In this document: positions 56,816 to 64,000 of the stretch, in pieces
How the letters are laid out: every line of letters starts with the position of its first letter
How positions within the stretch are numbered: the stretch's first letter is position 1
Source of the DNA: the human T2T-CHM13v2.0 reference genome, Homo sapiens
Length of the DNA stretch: 64,000 bases
Reading direction: 5' to 3' (one strand)
Assembly: GCF_009914755.1 (NCBI RefSeq)
Contig: NC_060932.1
Translations under genes and position numbers: made by a program
Notes under the pieces: model-generated
Databases searched by the model: none
What the model saw: the letters and a program-made list of their open reading frames with translations, nothing else
Told to the model about the DNA's origin: nothing

Positions 56816-59141
56816 AGCTACAAAATGACATGGAACAACAGACATTCAAGTACAAATGTTACTTCTGGGCCAAAGAAATCTGAACAGACATAAATCCAAA
56901 TGTTACTTTTGAACCAAATTAATCTAAAAGTATCAAGGTCAATACGTAACAATAAAAGCCTCAGTTTATGTAACTTTAAGCTTTTTTAATATTGAATCTA
57001 GCAGTTTCTATATATGATTATGAGGAAACCTAATAAAGGTCATAATTTTTCCTTTTATTTCACACAAAAAAAACTTAATGTCACACATGCCTGTAACATG
57101 GAGATTGGAAAGGTGGCAAAGAAAGAGAGAATGACCATGATATTAAAAACCTGTAAGATGACACCAAATTTTGAAAAGTTTCTATGTATGTATGTATCTG
57201 TGTAGCACATATGTAACAATATTTTCCCCCAGAATTCAAGTATATACTCCACCCAATAATTTATCTCAGCAGGGAATCCAGCGACAGCTATTCTAAGAGA
57301 AAGAGAATGAGAAAAAAAGACACCAAAAGAAAAATAGAAAGCCAAAGAGAAAGTAAAAGACAGAAATAAAAAGAAACCAGGAGAAAAGGAAGGCAGGAAG
57401 AAAGGGAGGAAAGGGAAGGAAAACCGAACAGCACACAGAATAGAGGAATGAAACCAACGTGGTTTAAAGAAAACCTTTTCTTACTGAAATTTTCAGTAAA
57501 ACCCATTCCTACTGAAATGGAAAACTATCTTGGGTGGGTGAGCGGCTGGGGTTTGTTATGGAAGAGAATCAATACTTCACTTGACAATTACCATGCTAAC
57601 CACCACCATTTTCGGTATCATTTCACTATCATCTTCTCACAACAAAAAAACAAATAATACATACTTTCCCATGAGGTTTATAAACATAATCTCATTGCAC
57701 AACAGCAACAAATCATCTGGCAAATTCTTGGTAGAGGAAGTCAAAGAACACGTTTACTCAAGGTGAACAGTAGCCTCTGGACTGTATATTAACCATACAC
57801 GGTTTCATACAGCTCCGCCAAACATGCTCTAAATTAGCCAATAATTTGCCAACCGTCATGCAGGTTACCATAAGCCTACCACTAAATTCTAAAAGCTTCA
57901 CTATGAAAATTTTCCTGTCAACTTTCATTTCTGACATAAGTTGATAAAAGCCTCACAAATCCTCTCTTAGAGAGACTCCATAATTTTCCATGCAAATATC
58001 ACTAGACTGAAAAAAGTCTTGTTAACACCATACGGATTCAATGGAAGATGTAAAACATCTTTATCACGTCACAATCCTGCACCATTTATCTCCCGCTCCC
58101 ATTTGGATTTATACCTTTAGAAATGGCAGCACTTGCTGTACAAAGGACCTAAAGAAAATGCCTTCTTTACTCCATAAATTAAAGCTACTTTTCTTCCTGA
58201 TTTTTTTTTCATAATTTCTTGTAATGTGCTGCAAATAAAGTTAGTAAGACTAAGAATGTCGTAATACCACATCGTAATGCCTTCTTTCATTTACCATAGT
58301 AGATAAGTCTTTCCAAATCTGGCAGAACTCTATTCTATGTAGCTTAAAGGTTACATAAAACACAACAAAGGACTTCTCTTTCAACATTTCCATATCATAT
58401 CATACATTTCCATACCATAGCTGATTCAAATGTCACCTTTCTTGAAAATTCATTTAAAGAAATTGATTCCAAAAGAAACCTATACGTGTACTGTTTTTTA
58501 AAAGGCTAGAATCAAAAAGACAACTGTAAAAACCACATTCTCAATGTATACAATCTTACCCTACAACCCCCCAAATACTCATATTATCATTATTTTGTAC
58601 TCAATCAAATGCCCATCTCATTTACAATGCTGGAGAATGCATGAATTCCAAAGTTGATTTTGTTGTCTCCTTGAAAACAATCTGATGAGGGGGAAAAACA
58701 TCATGCTGATGTTACCAATAATAAAGCCAAATGCAAATAATTCAGGCATTCTACAATTACTGAGAATTTAATTTAATCTATTTCCAGAGACAACATGAGT
58801 GGCTCTGAGACTAGGGATTGAACACAGTTGGAACTGTTTCCATTATAGCCTGCAAATGCTACTCTGTTTCCGTAGTGCATATACCTTTGGGATCTTTCTT
58901 AAATTCTGATAGTCTATTTACAAATAAATCGAACAAAAACTGCCACTCACTATTTGTATCACCAACCATTCCAAATTTACTTACCTCAGTATTATTGATT
59001 ATAATGCAGACTTCTAGAAATTATCAACTTAAGGTACTTTGCAGCACGAAAAATCAAGGACAAGGCTTAAAAGAAACATCACCAATAAAACCAAAAGCAA
59101 AAAGCAAAATACTTAAGTGATCCTTAGCCTACTTAGGATTA

Positions 59142-59345
<204 letters not shown>

Positions 59346-59397
59346 TCATAAATATATGATGAGGCAGACCAATAATTTGTTTCTAAAAACATAACTA

Positions 59398-59782
<385 letters not shown>

Positions 59783-59789
59783 CTATTTA

Positions 59790-60137
<348 letters not shown>

Positions 60138-60368
60138 TTACTGCACTAAAAACATGGTTTATTATGCTTTTAAAATTCTCATTAAATATAAATAGCAAAC
60201 TTATACCAAAAACTTATTATAATGTAGAAAAAAACTTGAAAAACCGACGCTACATTTATACAATATATAATACAGTTTTTAATGAAAAACATGGGTAAAA
60301 ACGGACATTTCTGAGCTGAACTCAGCTGTTTATGCATTTATTTGTGTTACCTACATACTATCAAGACC

Positions 60369-60883
60369 TGTGAAGGATCTGAGATTTACACTACTTTCAA
60401 ACTAACAAGTTAGCCTGTCACAAGCTAATAAAATGCTGGCAGAGGAAAGAAGTCTCCTGGGTGAGAGACAAGGTATTTATTACTTACACTAACAGGGGCA
60501 GCCAGAATATCAACATTATCTTGTGACCACTGGGCTCTAGTTCCCCAAGTCCCAAATGTCACAGAGCAACTTGAATAGGGCCACAGGCCACCTGCACATG
60601 CAGTGTGTTGCATTATAGGAGAGAAACCCTAACCTTCAGGAGCTGGAATCTTTAATCATGGGAAATATGCCTATCCCTTTGCACTAGCGGGAGATACCAG
60701 CTCTACCTTCCAGGGAGATATGCAAACCTGACCGCTGCTGTGAAGTCACTACAGCATCTTCCAAAGCTACTCACTGTATATAGAAATAATCTTGAAAAGA
60801 CAGAAAAGAACAAAGGCAGTCACAGCCTCTGTTCGCAAAACGTACAGGAAAGTGTGAGACCCATGGAAAATTATCTCCCAGCA
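60369..60883 (-). mobile_element. LTR40-like ERVL solo LTR
   Basis: The minus strand begins tgctgggagataattttccatgggtctc and ends atctcagatccttcaca. Confidence 0.7.
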
Positions 60884-61219
60884 CGTCTCCAAGCTGGTTT
60901 AAGGACAATAAAGTTTAACAAAAGGAAATTGCATTAATAAAGTAATTAGAAAATCCAAACTACAAAAAGAGCAAAGATATAAACAAACTAAGAAAACTAA
61001 CAAAATTGTTATCACAGAGAATCACCTCTTATTCTAGTTCCAAACAACTAGTAGAAGCTGCTAGCTGTGGAAGATTTTTAGGTTCCGTATAGACAGCAAG
61101 ATACATCTGTTACGAGTGCAGGAGAGGAACGCAGAGCACAGAGAAGTGTCACAGGTATCATCTCTAGCAAAATGTAGTCCAAGTGAATACAAAGTGTACC
61201 AACATCGTAATATACCTGT

Positions 61220-62075
<856 letters not shown>

Positions 62076-62079
62076 AGGA

Positions 62080-62352
62080 GGCCAGGCATGGTGGCTCATG
62101 CCTATAATCCCACACTGCCTGGGAGGCCCAGGAAGGAGGATCACTTGAGCCTGGGAGATCAAGACTAGCTTGGGTAACATCCCTCTCTAGAAACAATATG
62201 AAAATTAGCTGGGTATGAAGGCACGTGCTTTGCAGTCCCAGCTACTCTGGAGGCTGAGGGGCAAGATCGCTTGAGCCCAGGATGTTGAGGTTACAGTGAG
62301 CCATAATTGTGCCACTGCATTCCAGCTCGGGTAACAGAGGAAGACTTTCAAG
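62080..62352 (+). mobile_element. AluJ
   Basis: gaggatcacttgagcc and gatcgcttgagcccagg are J-type motifs. Confidence 0.85.
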
Positions 62353-63239
62353 AAGACGCACAGGCATCATTTTAAGGGAATATGTATACACAACCTCAAA
62401 TTCAAAGACAGATTTGCCTGAGAACATACACCTGTGTGCCATAGGAGTCATCACTTCCCACCTCCCCTTTCCCAGCCACCCTTCTCCTGTTTCACAAAAT
62501 AAAACAATTCGTCCCATTCAAGCTGTCTAAACAGTTACAATGACAGTGCTGACATTTTTGTTGTTGTTGTTAAAAACCTTGCCTCTTTCATCAGCAAAGA
62601 ATGCATAGTTTGTATGAAACACTGAAAAAAATGGTTTGACAGAAGTGGCTTTGTCAGCTAACTTATTTAGTAGATATTTCTCATAAGTTAAATAAATTAA
62701 ATCTGCAGTTTAAAAATTTTGTTGATAATTAGTTTAAAGCACAGAAAGGAACTTTAATGAAAAATATTGTTTTGCAACAGTATACTGAAGACGACAATAA
62801 CTCAGTTTTCCCAATCCTTTCCAAGTGTATCAGGTCAAACAAGGTGTCTCAAGGTAAAAAAATAACACATACAATGAACAGTCATTATGATATACCTTGG
62901 CAATACCTTTTTAGATATGTTCTGGGGAGATGAATAAATAATGACTAGGTAACAAATCTTTTTCCAAGTCAGGTGGTGTTTAATTCTTTGCTTTAAATGA
63001 AAATAAAGGAAGGTCTAATTTAGTCATCAGTTAATCACCAAAACTATTTTTTGATATGTAATCTGCAAAATTCAACTGCTTGTAACATTATCTGCTTTAA
63101 ATAAATTGTTATTAATAAACTTCTTTGTAAAAGTACACTAAAATATGAGTATAAAAACGAAAATTTTTCTCTTAAAAAAGTGTGTTAATTTTGTTACATG
63201 ATGATAGCATCAACTACTATAACTTTAAAAAAGTATCAT

Positions 63240-64000
63240 CTTTATTAAAATACAATTCACAGTATATTCTTTCGAACCATATAATTCAGTGATTTTTAAT
63301 AAAGTTGTGCAATCACCACCACTATCTACATTCAGAACATTTACTCCCTAAAGAAACTCCATACCCACCAGCAGTTATTCTCCAAATCTCTTCCACCACC
63401 CTCACTAGGGACCACCTGGCAAGCACAAATCTGCATTTTCTTTATACAGATTTGCCTATTCAGGACATGTGAAATAAATGGAATCATATAAAATGTAGCC
63501 TTTTATGACTAGCTTCTTTTACTTAACATGTTTTCCAAGTTCATCCATGTTGTTGCATAAATCAGTATTTAATGTCCTTTTATTTCTAAACAACATTCCA
63601 TTGTATGGATATACCAATTGTGTTTCTTCATTTATAAATTGATGAATGTTTAGACTATTTTCTCTTTTTGGCTATTATAAATAATGCTGCTATAAATATT
63701 CATGTATAAGTTTCTGTGTAAACATGTTTTCATTCCTCCTGGGCATATATTTAGGAGTAGGATTATTGAGTCCTATGGTAATCTTGTTTATTCATTTAAG
63801 GAACTGCCAGACTCATTTTCAAAGTGGCTGCACCATTTCACATTCCCACAAGCAGCGAATGAGGGTTCCAGTTTCCCTCCAACCTCACAGACACTAACAT
63901 CTGTCCCTTTTACTTTAGGTATTGTTATGGGTATGAACGGGTATGCTATGGTTTTGATTTGCATTTCCCTAATGACTAATGACCCTCAGCTTTTTTTCAT
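63240..64000 (-). mobile_element. L1MB 3' region (runs off the window)
   Basis: aaagttgtgcaatcaccacc...tatagatttgcctattc-like...gaactgccagact...ttttgatttgcatttccctaatgactaatga. Confidence 0.85.

Overview
Primate (human-like) genomic DNA, AT-rich and dominated by repeats. The only protein-coding exon I can support is a 90-bp phase-0/0 exon on the minus strand (59202-59291; [30 protein letters not shown]). I recognise this from memory as the C-terminal part of the Sec7 domain of PSD3/EFA6D (ARF6 GEF, human 8p22). The rest of the window would then be PSD3 intron. It contains a full-length dead L1PA10/11-like LINE-1 (with a nested Alu), about 18 Alus (16 on +), solo LTRs (LTR12C, MER34/39-like, MER50/LTR27-like, LTR40, MST, MLT1), L1M, L2, MIR and MER5 relics, a U2 snRNA fragment and microsatellites. 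I found no convincing new multi-gene system. The most interesting signals are: (i) a recent ~838-bp templated insertion that replaced the 5' part of an LTR12C, plus several smaller templated or fold-back repair-like scars; (ii) an open ORF0-like antisense frame in the old L1 5'UTR, pointing in the PSD3 direction; (iii) a candidate alternative last exon that would truncate PSD3 inside Sec7, and a candidate poison micro-exon; (iv) an inverted U2-L1 junction. Repeat subfamily names are assigned by eye from remembered consensus sequences and need RepeatMasker confirmation.
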